Source of the DNA: Paramoeba atlantica | Lineage: Eukaryota; Protista; Discosea | Length of the DNA stretch: 64,000 bases | Direction of reading: 5' to 3' | NCBI GenBank assembly: GCA_977017575.1 | Contig: CDRNVI010000052.1 | Span: 124,001-188,000, forward strand | Shown here: one piece after another, positions 10,906-22,163 of the stretch | How the letters are laid out: every line of letters starts with the position of its first letter | Position numbering within the stretch: the stretch's first letter is position 1 | Program-made: the position numbers and the translations under genes | Notes under the pieces: model-generated | What the model saw: the letters and a program-made list of their open reading frames with translations, nothing else | Databases searched by the model: none | Told to the model about the DNA's origin: nothing

Positions 10906-11147
10906 TTTTTGGTATCCGGGCGTACAGCTGAATCGATTTTGTTCAAAGAGAGTAATCAGGGGTGCTATTATTTCGTTAGGATCAAGTGAGTTCATCGATC
11001 AACATACGTAGCAGTAATACGTATCAATAACGTAGTATCAATAGTCTCATGTTTCCCTATTCAGTATGATTTCTTTCGACTAGTAGTTTCTCATTTTCTA
11101 TGAGCTTCCTATCTTCTTGGTTTTCAAACGTCACGATCTGATTTACT

Positions 11148-12611
11148 TTGCGGCTTTCGAAATTTCTTCCTCGTCGTTCTATACTTCGCAAATCACTTGC
11201 TCTTAGTCTTGGATTTGTTGTCTGCTCCACGTATTACTCTGAATCCGAGTTCCTATCCTTGCTTCGGCGATGCGGTCGCACAGCCCGCGTTGCCTTCCAG
11301 GTTGCATGGGCCTACCGAGGAATTCTTGATGATCAGACGCACACCCACGGTGCGAGCCTTGTGTATGATTTATGCAGCATAAATGGAGGCGTCTATGTGA
11401 AAGCGGCTCAGGTCATTGCGAGTTCCCGTGTTGGAATTCACTGGGCGTATACAGAGAAGCTAAGCGGACTGGTGGACAGTGCCACCCCGACCCCATATCG
11501 TGAAGTTCGAAAAGTGATTTGCAATGAGTTAAAATGCAGCTCGCCGGAAGATCTTTTCGAATTTATTGATCCGATTCCGGTAGGATGTGCTTCTTTGGCT
11601 CAAGTACATCGCGCGAGACTGAAGGGGGAAAGTAGAATCGTGGCGCTTAAGGTGCAGCACCCTCGTCTACAGTGGGAAATTCCCTGTGACGTGTGGATGC
11701 TCAAATGGTGCTTTCGTTCCGCTGAGTTTCTTTTTCCTGGCGCGAAGCTGAGTTTTTTACTCCGACACACTAGAGAGGGTCTTGCGAAAGAGTTGGACTT
11801 TGTAGCTGAAGCTCAGAACATGGAGCGTTGTAGAAACATGTTAAAAAGCTCTAGCGTTGATTGTATTGTACCAGTTCATTTTCCAAAGCTCTCCACTGAG
11901 CGTCTCCTGACAATGGAATATATGAACGGAGTTCGCATCTCCGATGCTAGAAAAGAGTATCGACTTTCATCAAAGGCATCACAAATCATAGCCAGAAACA
12001 CTGTTCGACTTTTTGCGGAAATGGTATTTTTGTATGGGTTTGTGCACTGTGATCCACATCCCGGAAACGTAATGGTCGAGCCAGAAACACACCGTCTTAT
12101 ACTTCTTGATCATGGGCTATACAGGGAGCTTTCTCCTCGTTTTCAAGAAGCCTATGTCAGCCTTTGGAATGGCCTTTTTCTTCGTAATGATTCTATTATC
12201 GAAAGTGCTTCACGAGATATGGGATCACCGGAGCTTTCCGAGGTATTTTCTCTATTGTTTACGCAGCGCATGCGAGGTTCTTGGCGCCGTACGGGAAGCA
12301 CGGATATTATTCAGGCCTTTCAGCAACTTGGGATACTGGGACAGAGCCACACGGGGCAAATTGGAAATGTGAGTTCGTTGCTTGCAAGTCTCCCTGATGA
12401 TTTACTCTTTGTCTTGAAAACTGCTATGACGGTGAGATCAGTAACAATGGGGCTCGGATTGGCTGGACCTGAACGGCAAGGAGAGTACGCCTGGTGCGCT
12501 CATCGTGCACGAATCAAAGGTTTATGGGCTCGTCATGAATGGTTTCGATTTTTCTTTGAAACCATTTGGTTTCGTTTGGTTTATTTTTTTATCGGTCTGA
12601 TTCTTGTATGA
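11148..12611 (+). CDS. ABC1/ADCK atypical protein kinase (start codon unresolved)
   Basis: NGGVYVKAAQ, ASLAQVHRA, VALKVQHP, KELDF..EA, LLTMEY, GFVHCDPHPGN and LLDHGL motifs; no in-frame ATG upstream of the conserved region. Confidence 0.85.
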   Translation: MRLSKFLPRRSILRKSLALSLGFVVCSTYYSESEFLSLLRRCGRTARVAFQVAWAYRGILDDQTHTHGASLVYDLCSINGGVYVKAAQVIASSRVGIHWAYTEKLSGLVDSATPTPYREVRKVICNELKCSSPEDLFEFIDPIPVGCASLAQVHRARLKGESRIVALKVQHPRLQWEIPCDVWMLKWCFRSAEFLFPGAKLSFLLRHTREGLAKELDFVAEAQNMERCRNMLKSSSVDCIVPVHFPKLSTERLLTMEYMNGVRISDARKEYRLSSKASQIIARNTVRLFAEMVFLYGFVHCDPHPGNVMVEPETHRLILLDHGLYRELSPRFQEAYVSLWNGLFLRNDSIIESASRDMGSPELSEVFSLLFTQRMRGSWRRTGSTDIIQAFQQLGILGQSHTGQIGNVSSLLASLPDDLLFVLKTAMTVRSVTMGLGLAGPERQGEYAWCAHRARIKGLWARHEWFRFFFETIWFRLVYFFIGLILV

Positions 12612-12848
12612 TTTTCAAGAATTTTTCTTGTTTTCGTGTATTGCTCCTTTCTCAGTGTGTCCCATTTTTCTGGATACGTCTTAGCAATAAAATAGGTTTG
12701 CACTAGCGTAAAATTTGGTCAAATAGATCAGTCAAGATATTTAAACTATACATCGCATTTCGTGCCGTATATTTCATATTCACTAATCAAATTTCATGAT
12801 CTGCTTGTTTGTCGTGTTATAAGCAGCTTAATAAAATCACCAAGCAAC

Positions 12849-15593
12849 ATGCCACAAGGACGTCCTGACTTTCCGTTGAATGCACAAACTCCTTCAGGAT
12901 ACATCATAGGTTCCGGTCGTGTAGTCAAGGTATCAACACAAAATGGTACGAAATTTCAAAAGTCGAAGCGCCTTCCTAATTTGCCTTCAAAAGACAAGAC
13001 CGTCGCAAAGTCAGAAAAGGTTGCCTCTCACAGTAGAGGAAAAGCGTTCTCGACGAATCTGTTTGATACAATGAGTCAACCATCCATGACGAAGGACACA
13101 CGGGAAACCTCTATCACAGTGAAAGGAGCTTTCTCTATAAAAGATTCATCGAAAGAAACTTCGATACCACAAATTATTGATGATTTGGGTGAGTTACGAA
13201 GTCAAAAAAGTGCAGAGCCTGAAAATGCACACAGCGCAATAGCACGACAGATTCATAGCATTTGTACGGAGGCTACGATTAGTGAAAAGGATTGGGAAAG
13301 TATTCCAGAAGTTGTTCCCACGCTTAAAAGAAAGAAAATGATGCATTCCGGAACTGTGAATTTGGGCTCTTCGGAGGTTCACAGACCCGAACTCATAGTG
13401 TACCGCCCAAAAAATGATTCTTCAGTCTCGGAAAACAAACGTCAAGGTATTTCTCAAACATTATCACCTTTTCAACAGTCGAAATTCGATCACCTCTTGA
13501 AAAATGTTGATAAAGTTAGGCAGGAGCTTGGCATTGTGGATGTATCGCTGGATGCTAGTGCAGCAGGAAAAATAGTTCAACTTGAGTCTCACCATCTCGA
13601 AGATGAGGAAACTCTACAGCAAACGATAAAACATTGCCAACTAATGCTTCAAATCGATGCTTCAAATGAGAAATACTGGGTTGACCTTGCTTGCGCGCTC
13701 AAAAAATCGGGAGACAATATTGCTTCTAGAAAACTTTTGAAAGAAGGATGCGGTAAGCTTCCTGAAAGTGAAATGGTATGGATGGCTTATGTCGAAAGTG
13801 TTCCTAAAACAAAGCAACTTTCATGTATAAAGGATGCACTCGTAGCATTACCAACCAGCGCGCTACTTTGGAACATTTACGCCGATTCTGCTTCATCTTC
13901 TCTGGAAAAGCAAGAAATTCTATTTCAAGCATTAGAAAAAATATCTCACGAAGGACTATTATGGAAATCTCTTGTTGATACCATGAAAAGTGCAAATGAT
14001 AAGTGTTTAACCCTTCGCAAAGCAGTAGAATGCGCGACAGATATCGACTTATGGATTCTATTAATACAGCATGAAGAATTGGATAACGTTGCCGAGGTCC
14101 TTCAAAGAGCTTTGACCAAGTTTCCAGCACATCTTGAATTGTTTCTTGCAGCTACAGATAGGCAACCAAATCTGGACTATGTCCGTCGAATATTGTCTTC
14201 CGCCTTTACCCGTTTACGTGAAACTTACCATACACGCCAATGGTGGTATGAACATGCCAGTAAGTTGGAAGAAGATGGACGCTTTATTGAGTGCAAGGTG
14301 GTCATCAACCTTTCAATGAAACTACAGCTCAACCTTTCTCATAAGCGGGATACCAAGCATGCGTGGATATCTGATGTTGGGGAATTTCTTTCCAAAAGAA
14401 AGTCATACTGCGCAAAGTTTTTATTAGAGTCTGCGGTGGAGGTTATGCCACATAGTAAAGGGCTCTGGCGACGATTGGCTGAAGTGGAGCAGCTGATCGG
14501 AGGAAAGTCGATTCCTGTTTTAGTCCGAGCCTTGAAACATCATCGGGATAGTGCGAAGATGTGGCTTGCATTAGCGAAATCGCACATCAAGGTGTTGGAA
14601 TACAGTGAAGCTGAAAATGTGCTTCGTGAAGGGACACAACTGCATCCGAATTGTGAAGAATTGTGGATTCTCCTCTTCTTAGCTCAAGAAAAAGCGCACG
14701 GAAGCGACGTGGTTCAGCGTACATACGATGACGCATGCAAAGTTTGTCCTACCCCCCGACTACAAACCAAACGAATGGTCTTTCTGCGTCGCATACGTGG
14801 TCTACATCATTCTACTCTCATCCCACTTCTAGAGGAACTCCTCTCCGGGGCTGCAGACAATCGGAAGTGTTGGAAGCTTTGGGCTATTTTGCTCAGCGAG
14901 TATTTAGCTCAAGTATCAGATAGTACACTCACACAAGCACGTCACGCCGCGGACCGAGCCCTTCGCCTTTGTGGAACCTCTAGTGCGGTCCTGTGGAACT
15001 GTGCTGCGGCCCTGGAAGAGGCTTCGGGTCACATAAGTCGCGGTCGGGCTATCTTGGACACCTCTCGGCAAACTCTTCGACGCGACGTTCAGGTCTGGCG
15101 CTTTTCTGTCCGGTATGAGCTGCGGAATCAAAATCCCACGTTTGCACGAAAACTTTCTGATTTAGCGGTGACTGTTTTTCGAGGTGATAAGCGATTTTTG
15201 GGTCAAATTTACGCCATTCAGACAGAGGCGTTGTCGATCAGTGCTCGTTTATCGCACCTGAGATACGTACTTACTCAATTTCCCGAGGAACCTCTTCTTT
15301 TGCTGCAACAAGTACTTGTTCACTACAGAATGGGAGACACTGGTGAATCGTTAATGCACTGCAGTGCACTCAACGAGTTACATCCTGACTACGCCGATGC
15401 ATGGGCTTTGCGATCTGCGATAGAAGGAAAAGGCTTTTCCTATCCTGAGTTTTCACGTGAACAATTGTATGGAGAATATTGGGAGAAACTTGCTCGAGAA
15501 CCAGATGTAGCCGGTCCATGCGGATGTATCCTTCCAGTTTCACAGGCTTTTCAAAGGGTACAAGAAACATTATTGAATTACATGGTGGAATAG
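12849..15593 (+). CDS. PRP6: HAT/TPR-repeat spliceosomal protein, PRP6-like
   Basis: Many HAT-like repeats (RKLLKEGCGKLPESEMVW, PHSKGLWRRLAEVE, PNCEELW, LHPDYADAWA); divergent N-terminus. Confidence 0.6.
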   Translation: MPQGRPDFPLNAQTPSGYIIGSGRVVKVSTQNGTKFQKSKRLPNLPSKDKTVAKSEKVASHSRGKAFSTNLFDTMSQPSMTKDTRETSITVKGAFSIKDSSKETSIPQIIDDLGELRSQKSAEPENAHSAIARQIHSICTEATISEKDWESIPEVVPTLKRKKMMHSGTVNLGSSEVHRPELIVYRPKNDSSVSENKRQGISQTLSPFQQSKFDHLLKNVDKVRQELGIVDVSLDASAAGKIVQLESHHLEDEETLQQTIKHCQLMLQIDASNEKYWVDLACALKKSGDNIASRKLLKEGCGKLPESEMVWMAYVESVPKTKQLSCIKDALVALPTSALLWNIYADSASSSLEKQEILFQALEKISHEGLLWKSLVDTMKSANDKCLTLRKAVECATDIDLWILLIQHEELDNVAEVLQRALTKFPAHLELFLAATDRQPNLDYVRRILSSAFTRLRETYHTRQWWYEHASKLEEDGRFIECKVVINLSMKLQLNLSHKRDTKHAWISDVGEFLSKRKSYCAKFLLESAVEVMPHSKGLWRRLAEVEQLIGGKSIPVLVRALKHHRDSAKMWLALAKSHIKVLEYSEAENVLREGTQLHPNCEELWILLFLAQEKAHGSDVVQRTYDDACKVCPTPRLQTKRMVFLRRIRGLHHSTLIPLLEELLSGAADNRKCWKLWAILLSEYLAQVSDSTLTQARHAADRALRLCGTSSAVLWNCAAALEEASGHISRGRAILDTSRQTLRRDVQVWRFSVRYELRNQNPTFARKLSDLAVTVFRGDKRFLGQIYAIQTEALSISARLSHLRYVLTQFPEEPLLLLQQVLVHYRMGDTGESLMHCSALNELHPDYADAWALRSAIEGKGFSYPEFSREQLYGEYWEKLAREPDVAGPCGCILPVSQAFQRVQETLLNYMVE

Positions 15594-15816
15594 TTCGATT
15601 GTATTTCCTTTCTCTCGTTTACGAAACACGATTCTTCTTTTTTGACAACGTGGTTTTTCCTTCTCCTGGCTGAAGTGCCACATTATGACGCATCTCAAAT
15701 TTTACACTTTGTTTTCTCAAAACACGAATGGACATGTACCGTTCCAGCAAGATTGCATCTTTTTCTCTTTTTTACCTTTTCGCCTCTTTTTATCCTTTAT
15801 CTACGCACAGCTCTGC

Positions 15817-16860
15817 ATGCTACACCACACACGTACTCTGGGCTGGAAAGTGAACTCCGGCGGAGGACATCGCGGAGGAAAAAACCTTGCCTGGGCGCCC
15901 AAACAGAAACATGTCAAACTCTCCTTCGTACGGACAGACATGTCGCACCCGAGACGTCGTCCGACAGCGTGGCACAAACTCGAGTTCAAACGTCTGGGGT
16001 ATCACGTGTGGCCCAAAGAGGTGGGGTTCTGGAATGCCGGAGACAACTGGGAGCTCACCCCTGAGTTCTCCTGGCGGTTTTACCTTCACAACCGGGACAA
16101 AGAGGTGTGGACGCAGGGCCACAACGAGCAGACAATCATCGCGTTGCTACCCCTGGTAGAGGTGGACCCCGAGAGCCACCTCCCTCGTATTCACAACATC
16201 TGGCAGCACCACGTAACGCGATTTGGTCCGGACCACATTATCTACAATGCTGTGACCCAAGCTTTTGCGTTTGCTCGGGATTACGACCAAGCTCTAAGTA
16301 CGTTCCGCGAGATGCGAAGGCTGGGGTTTCAGCCCAATGCCCAGTCCTACGTCAACATGATGTTTGCAGTGTATCTTTGCAAGAAACCTACAATGCTCGC
16401 GGAGGCCTTTTGGGATGAAGCCGTCCGGGAGAAAGCCATTACCCCAACGCTTCGTGCGGACTATGAATTCAAAATGTGGATGGCTCAGTTTGAGCGCATT
16501 GGGTCTTTTACTTCCGGTCATGGCTTTCTCTCTGTGAATGAGGAGGGCGCTGCCCCGAGACCTCGCAACATGTGGGCTCTGTGGGGATGGGATCGCACTG
16601 AACGGAAATTTATCTCCGCGCGAGATCGGGTTCGTCAAGAAGCCGATCGCCAGATTGCTCCTGGCAACCGAATTGGTCGTTCGCTGGTTTCCTCGCTGCA
16701 GCGCCGACCGTGGTACCGTTACAAGGGAATGTTTCCGTGGGATTTCCGAGGTCCTCGGCCCTCCGAGTTCTCACGACGAAACCGGATGGAGGAATCACCG
16801 CTGGATCCCGAAAGGGAGGTGGTCCCGTACAAGCCGTGCGGAAAAGCAATCCCCATCTAG
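15817..16860 (+). CDS. Kinetoplastid mitochondrial PPR-containing protein (mitoribosome-associated type)
   Basis: PPR motifs IYNAVTQAFAFARDYDQALSTFREMRRLGFQPN and SYVNMMFA; basic presequence-like N-terminus; polypyrimidine tract and AG just upstream of the ATG. Confidence 0.75.
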   Translation: MLHHTRTLGWKVNSGGGHRGGKNLAWAPKQKHVKLSFVRTDMSHPRRRPTAWHKLEFKRLGYHVWPKEVGFWNAGDNWELTPEFSWRFYLHNRDKEVWTQGHNEQTIIALLPLVEVDPESHLPRIHNIWQHHVTRFGPDHIIYNAVTQAFAFARDYDQALSTFREMRRLGFQPNAQSYVNMMFAVYLCKKPTMLAEAFWDEAVREKAITPTLRADYEFKMWMAQFERIGSFTSGHGFLSVNEEGAAPRPRNMWALWGWDRTERKFISARDRVRQEADRQIAPGNRIGRSLVSSLQRRPWYRYKGMFPWDFRGPRPSEFSRRNRMEESPLDPEREVVPYKPCGKAIPI

Positions 16861-17358
16861 CCGAACTTCGATCTTTTCGTTATGTTCCTCTTTCCGTTCT
16901 CTTCCATATTCCAACCTTTATGATACAGGTATGATCATTGAAGAATAGTAAAGAAAGATCGTTTTTTGTGATAAGTTCGCATTAATTGATGTGTTTTTTG
17001 AATAGTGTCAATCGAGAGAGTGACACTCATTTATGAGAAATAAAATTCTTCATGTTCATTTTGACTGCATTTGGTCCACAAGGTTTTGGATATCTTGGAA
17101 ATTTATTGGAAAACTTTTTATGATGAGAACTATTGTAATTGTCTTATTTTCCATTCCGCATAGTGTCGTTTCTCATGATCAATGACATTGGAAAGGGTAT
17201 CACAGTACCATCTCTATTACCAGAAGTTAGATATTTACCCAGCTCCCGAGGCCTTCGCAAATCCCATCTTTCCGGTGCTACTAATTCTAAGAAGCGTGTC
17301 TTGCCATCTGTTTCTAGAGATTATTTTAAGAACATAAAACCTCCAAGGCAAAACAAAT

Positions 17359-18507
17359 ATGAATGAACAAATAGGACACCTGAACAGAGTACAAGGGGGG
17401 TCTTTGGGGCAAACTAGGTGGGATCCACGAGGTCTCATGCCAAAATCATTCATTACGCAAGGTATCACGCGTCAAATTAGTTCAATAACTAAACAGGATA
17501 AGTTGAAATATAAGAGGAACGTCAAAAACATGGAAGTATCTAAGTCCAAGTGCGTGAATGATAATCCACTGCGCAGAAATAAGTGCAATTCAAACCTCAC
17601 CTCAGGAGTAGAAGGCACAAAATACATATGTACTTCCGTAGCGAAGCATTTTCAGCAAGCGCATTTACGTGACTTATTCGCCAATCACTTACAAGACATG
17701 CAAGAGCAGAATATAAGCTGCAACGGAAGTAAATCGTTGCATTTGGACTTTCTAGATACTTCCAAGAAAGTGTCGCCTTTTTTGGGACGTTATTCAGCGA
17801 CGCACGATGTTTCGATAGGTGGGAAAAGAACTCTGCTTAAAGAAGATGGAATTTATCCATTTTTAGAAAACCTTTCACCTTTTCAAAAAAGCTCTTCTGA
17901 AGGCGTATTATTTCTTCAAGACGTTCTGGACCGTAAAAGAGATCTTTATGTTGTTCACAGTGAACTCAATAGTTTTTTGAGCTTCACATATCAGTGCGGG
18001 ACAGATATTTACGCGCCACGTGCAACACAGCATAGTTCAACAAAACATCAACAACGGCACCCGTGTTTTGAACTTTATTCGCAGTCACGTAATTATCCGA
18101 TAGTTGAAAACGAAGAGGAATCGAATCGGATAATAGACTCAGATAGAAAGTCATATCACGAAATAGAAGGACACTTACCGTGTAGAAAACAACTGGTCCT
18201 TCCTTCCTCCCCAATTAAAGTGAAAGATTCATCCACACGCGAAAGGTGTACCGCAAAAAAGGATGACAACATACAAATATCAAATCACAATAAATGTAGA
18301 AATCGATATTCTGAATCTGCGGCTTGGCCACGTTTTGCACGAAACGTTCCAATAGGCATTGACACTAATATACTTGATGGAAAGCATTCTTCTGATACGA
18401 AAGATAAAAATAAATTGACTACAGCGGTTATCCCGAATCATACAAAATCGAATTCTTTTTTTGAAGGTCCGGACTTTCAACCCTATATGGACTTCAACGG
18501 TTTTTGA
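17359..18507 (+). CDS. Hypothetical protein
   Basis: 382-aa ATG ORF on the gene strand; no motif recognised. Confidence 0.4.
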   Translation: MNEQIGHLNRVQGGSLGQTRWDPRGLMPKSFITQGITRQISSITKQDKLKYKRNVKNMEVSKSKCVNDNPLRRNKCNSNLTSGVEGTKYICTSVAKHFQQAHLRDLFANHLQDMQEQNISCNGSKSLHLDFLDTSKKVSPFLGRYSATHDVSIGGKRTLLKEDGIYPFLENLSPFQKSSSEGVLFLQDVLDRKRDLYVVHSELNSFLSFTYQCGTDIYAPRATQHSSTKHQQRHPCFELYSQSRNYPIVENEEESNRIIDSDRKSYHEIEGHLPCRKQLVLPSSPIKVKDSSTRERCTAKKDDNIQISNHNKCRNRYSESAAWPRFARNVPIGIDTNILDGKHSSDTKDKNKLTTAVIPNHTKSNSFFEGPDFQPYMDFNGF

Positions 18508-18851
18508 TCTTTTTAAAGAACAAAATATGTTATAATTTGCTGTTGCATTGTTTTGCGCCTTGTAGCTGAGTAGACAGCCGAACCTCGAAAACATAATGTC
18601 CACGTATAATACAAACAAATCAGACTCTTTTTATTTCACTTGCCTCCTATTTTTTCTTGCTCACGAATGCCGTCTCTACTTGCCGCTCTTTATCCTATGT
18701 GCATCTTTTTTTAATATCTTCAAAGCCTCTTCATAATAACCCTAAGTCTAATTTTTCTGATTCACGTCTTCATCCAATAAATATTTCTTCAAGTCAGAGG
18801 CTAATATTTCTTTGCTTTCCTTTTCTCAATAATAAAGCCTACTATTATAAT

Positions 18852-19700
18852 ATGAATCACCGCGGTGCTTGGCTGGCGCAGTTTGCACAGTGTAGTGAAG
18901 TCAAGTCCTTTCAAAAGCCCGGAAAAGTGTCTTTAGCAGTGCTTCCTGCTGAACATACGCTACTCCGTTTCGTGTCAAATCTCACGCATCTCAGAGTTTC
19001 ATGGATATTGTCGATTCCCGCGTGTTCATGGGACGGAGTTCGGTGTGACAATCTTGCTAATGTGCACGCCCTACAGTGGACAAATTTCCACTTGCGTGGG
19101 GAACCAAACTGGCACTTTCTCCCGCACACGCTCAAGCGCCTTTATCTTGGGAGTATATCCAACTGGAACTCAAAATCCTTATCCGAGATCCGCGCATTGG
19201 ATCCGTTAAAATATTTTTCTTCGCGATCACCCAATCAACTATCGGGAAGTATACTCACAGAGGCGTTGCCAAATGAACTGCAATTGTTCGAGGCCTCAGA
19301 CAATGTTTTTCGAGGCGCGCTGTGCCTCTTGCAGCTCCCACACTCCCTGGTACGTCTGAACGTTGAACAAAATGACCTAAGCGGGTCACTAGATTTCTCT
19401 CATCTGCCTGTAGTCTTGGAGAGCCTCACATTTAGCGAAAACTCCTTTTCAGGATCTCTTGACCTTTCGCGTCTTCCGGCGAGTTTGGTGGAGTTAACCG
19501 GTGATGACAACCGCTTCAACGGTCCCTTAAATCTTTCGCTGTTGCCGGATAGATTGCAATTTCTCTTTCTTGGTGGAAATATGCTCTCCGGACATCTTGA
19601 CGTCTCACGGTTACCGTGTAGTGTGTTAAAGATCTACTTGCCCGGAAATGAGTTCACATCGTGGAATCCCAATTCCCTCCCTGAATGTGTGATCCTATAA
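18852..19700 (+). CDS. LRR-family protein
   Basis: KPGKVSLAVLPAEHTLLRFV...ACSWDGVRC cap plus 23-aa LRRs; first ATG at 18852. Confidence 0.85.
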   Translation: MNHRGAWLAQFAQCSEVKSFQKPGKVSLAVLPAEHTLLRFVSNLTHLRVSWILSIPACSWDGVRCDNLANVHALQWTNFHLRGEPNWHFLPHTLKRLYLGSISNWNSKSLSEIRALDPLKYFSSRSPNQLSGSILTEALPNELQLFEASDNVFRGALCLLQLPHSLVRLNVEQNDLSGSLDFSHLPVVLESLTFSENSFSGSLDLSRLPASLVELTGDDNRFNGPLNLSLLPDRLQFLFLGGNMLSGHLDVSRLPCSVLKIYLPGNEFTSWNPNSLPECVIL

Positions 19701-20158
19701 TCACACATTTGCCTAGTACGATAGTACCGTACCTAGTACCGTACTATCCGTACTTCGTACGAAAGTCTGTACTTTTAGTCACATGTACAGATTTCCTTTT
19801 TTTCAAAGATTATTATACATAGACAAAGAGTGCCATATGTAAGTTCACTTTCTCTTTTACTTGTAATATCGGGTTTTCTCTTACTGTAACATGAAAATAG
19901 ATAGATGATAGATACTAGTGATATTCGCCCTACTTTTTTTGTGTCCTTACATGAGTCAAAACTCGCAAGGAAATTCATAACATGGATTTTTGGAAAGATG
20001 TAGTATGGTTTGATCCGATTATTTATTGCTGAATATTTATTGCTGAATTCGGTCAATCATACAATTTGCCTTGTATTTCTGTCGAGCGTGCCAATAACCT
20101 CTTTGATCGAGACTTGGGTTTTGCGAACCAACAGGCCCCTCTATTTTCCATTACTCAG

Positions 20159-20554
20159 ATGGACTGGAGAGAATACGTTTCCTGTACGAACTTTGAATGG
20201 GATCCCGTCTTGCACCACAATGAATACGTCTACTGGTGTACTGTTGGCGATAAACTTTTCCCATCGATTGCATTTACTGCCCGCCACTATGTCTGGGTTC
20301 CTCCAATGGTAACGAAATGTGATTCGTGGCTATCCATTTTAGCTTACATGTACAGTCCCCGCCAATCCCGTCTTCTCCCTCATGTTATTGCCCATCGCAT
20401 ATTTATTCGTGGAAATTTGGACAACTTGAAGCCCGTTAAAAATCATTCTGCATCGACAAACGGCACTCCTGAGGAAGATTCGTTTGAGAGAGATGAATTG
20501 GATCTTCTGATAAGCAGTGAGTCAGATGGTGATCAAACTGAAACGTATCCATGA
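20159..20554 (+). CDS. Small hypothetical protein
   Basis: 131-aa ATG ORF, aromatic-rich N-terminal half and acidic tail; no family recognised. Confidence 0.35.
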   Translation: MDWREYVSCTNFEWDPVLHHNEYVYWCTVGDKLFPSIAFTARHYVWVPPMVTKCDSWLSILAYMYSPRQSRLLPHVIAHRIFIRGNLDNLKPVKNHSASTNGTPEEDSFERDELDLLISSESDGDQTETYP

Positions 20555-22163
20555 AATCTGCAGCTTCTGATCTTCAGTGTACGCAATTAGTTTCTTATTT
20601 ATACTTTTGAAGAATTGGTTACTCAAGGTAGCGATTTAAATAACTTTAAATAATCGTGTAAGAGATTCACATATCAAAACTTACTATATACTTCAATCAA
20701 TATTTACTACATTATAGTTTTTATACAGGTATACATAATATGTATCAGCGGACGTCAGTGTATTTTTGATGCGCGCTAAAGCTTTTTTATAACGAGTAAT
20801 TACGCATTCCTCCTGTCCCCCCCTACTTATGCGCAACCGTTTGACCCGGCCACTTAAGCGCAAATTTGACACATCGTTCAGAAGAACAGCGCCGCAAAGC
20901 GGCGCGATTTTTTTTTTTTTGTGGTACGAATTTTTGTACCAATTTTCGCCGCTGTTGAAATGGAGAGTCTGCAGGTAGTCCCTTTGGGCGTTCAAAAATG
21001 ATCTCCAGCGATCTCCTCTGATCCACACTGACCTCCACCGATCTGTACGGCGAGTCTTTGCACGCTATACTGTACTGTACATCAGAGGAACTCTCCTGCC
21101 ACGTACTGTACGCTTTTGAAATGATCAGTGCACCAGCGTGCGGCACCGCCTAGATGTGGGGCGGGTAAAGATAACGTCGGTAACTGCACTACAAGTGCAT
21201 GATAAACTAAACTTTAATTTATACACTATTTCGGACCCATGCTGTTAAAAGTCCGTTCTTTTCCTACAATTGATCGGGTGCTCGCAAAAAAGGCACTTAC
21301 TCCGTGATGTGGTCATTTGCGGGCATAAGTAACCATACAAGCGAAGTACTGTACCTCCTCCCTAGTTATCTCTCACACGTCACCCCCTGTCCGACTGATC
21401 ATTCCAATGAATCGGTAAACCCTTCGATCTTCGAAAAATTACCTACAGCGTTCGCAACCGGTCGCCATTGGTTGCCATTGGTTGCCACCGTTCGACAGCG
21501 AGCTACAGGTACCGTCTGCACCCCCTCCGCTGATGGTACTGACGCCTACCAACTACCATTTTCTTTCATTATTTTTTATGACTATAATTATACACTGCCG
21601 ACTAATATTATTGAGTTTTTAATTATTGGCGAAGCTACGCAACTTTTAGTTAAAAAATCAATAATTTTTGTGCCAATAATTTTTGCAGAAATTTGTACAC
21701 ATCGGCAAACAACAGGGGCGGAAAAAAACCAAAATTAGGTCAAAAGGGTTTTTTGTGCTCACAAAAAGATTCAAGATTTTTTACGGGGAAGAATATTGCT
21801 TTTCACCAAAAAATTATTATACCTAGGAGGTACAATAGGTGTCCCTTGGTATAACCAGGAAGGTGGTTTACATCTCTCTAATTTTGTTAAATGCGTTGCG
21901 AAGGGCAGGTTATTAAGTGGTCATTAAGTGAGGGGCTGCGGGTGTGATCTCACATGATTTCACGGCCGGGTGTTGACATAAAGCCAATCCTGCTCCTCCT
22001 ACGTCAAATCCTCTCATGAAATTTGAGTTTTTGTGCAAAATCTATGACACTCTTCTCTAAAAAGTGACTGCCAAGATCAGACCTCATGAGAAATTCAAAA
22101 ATTGAACAAAAAAAAATGTTTCTCACCCCAAATTGACAACTTTTAATTAAAAAAAACAATATA

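Noticed and set aside
11139-11141. Genome-wide stop-codon reassignment (Blastocrithidia-like)
   Set aside because: TGA, TAA and TAG each terminate conserved genes at the expected C-termini (UNG TGA, gMDH TAG, COQ4 TAA), and no conserved domain here contains in-frame stops.
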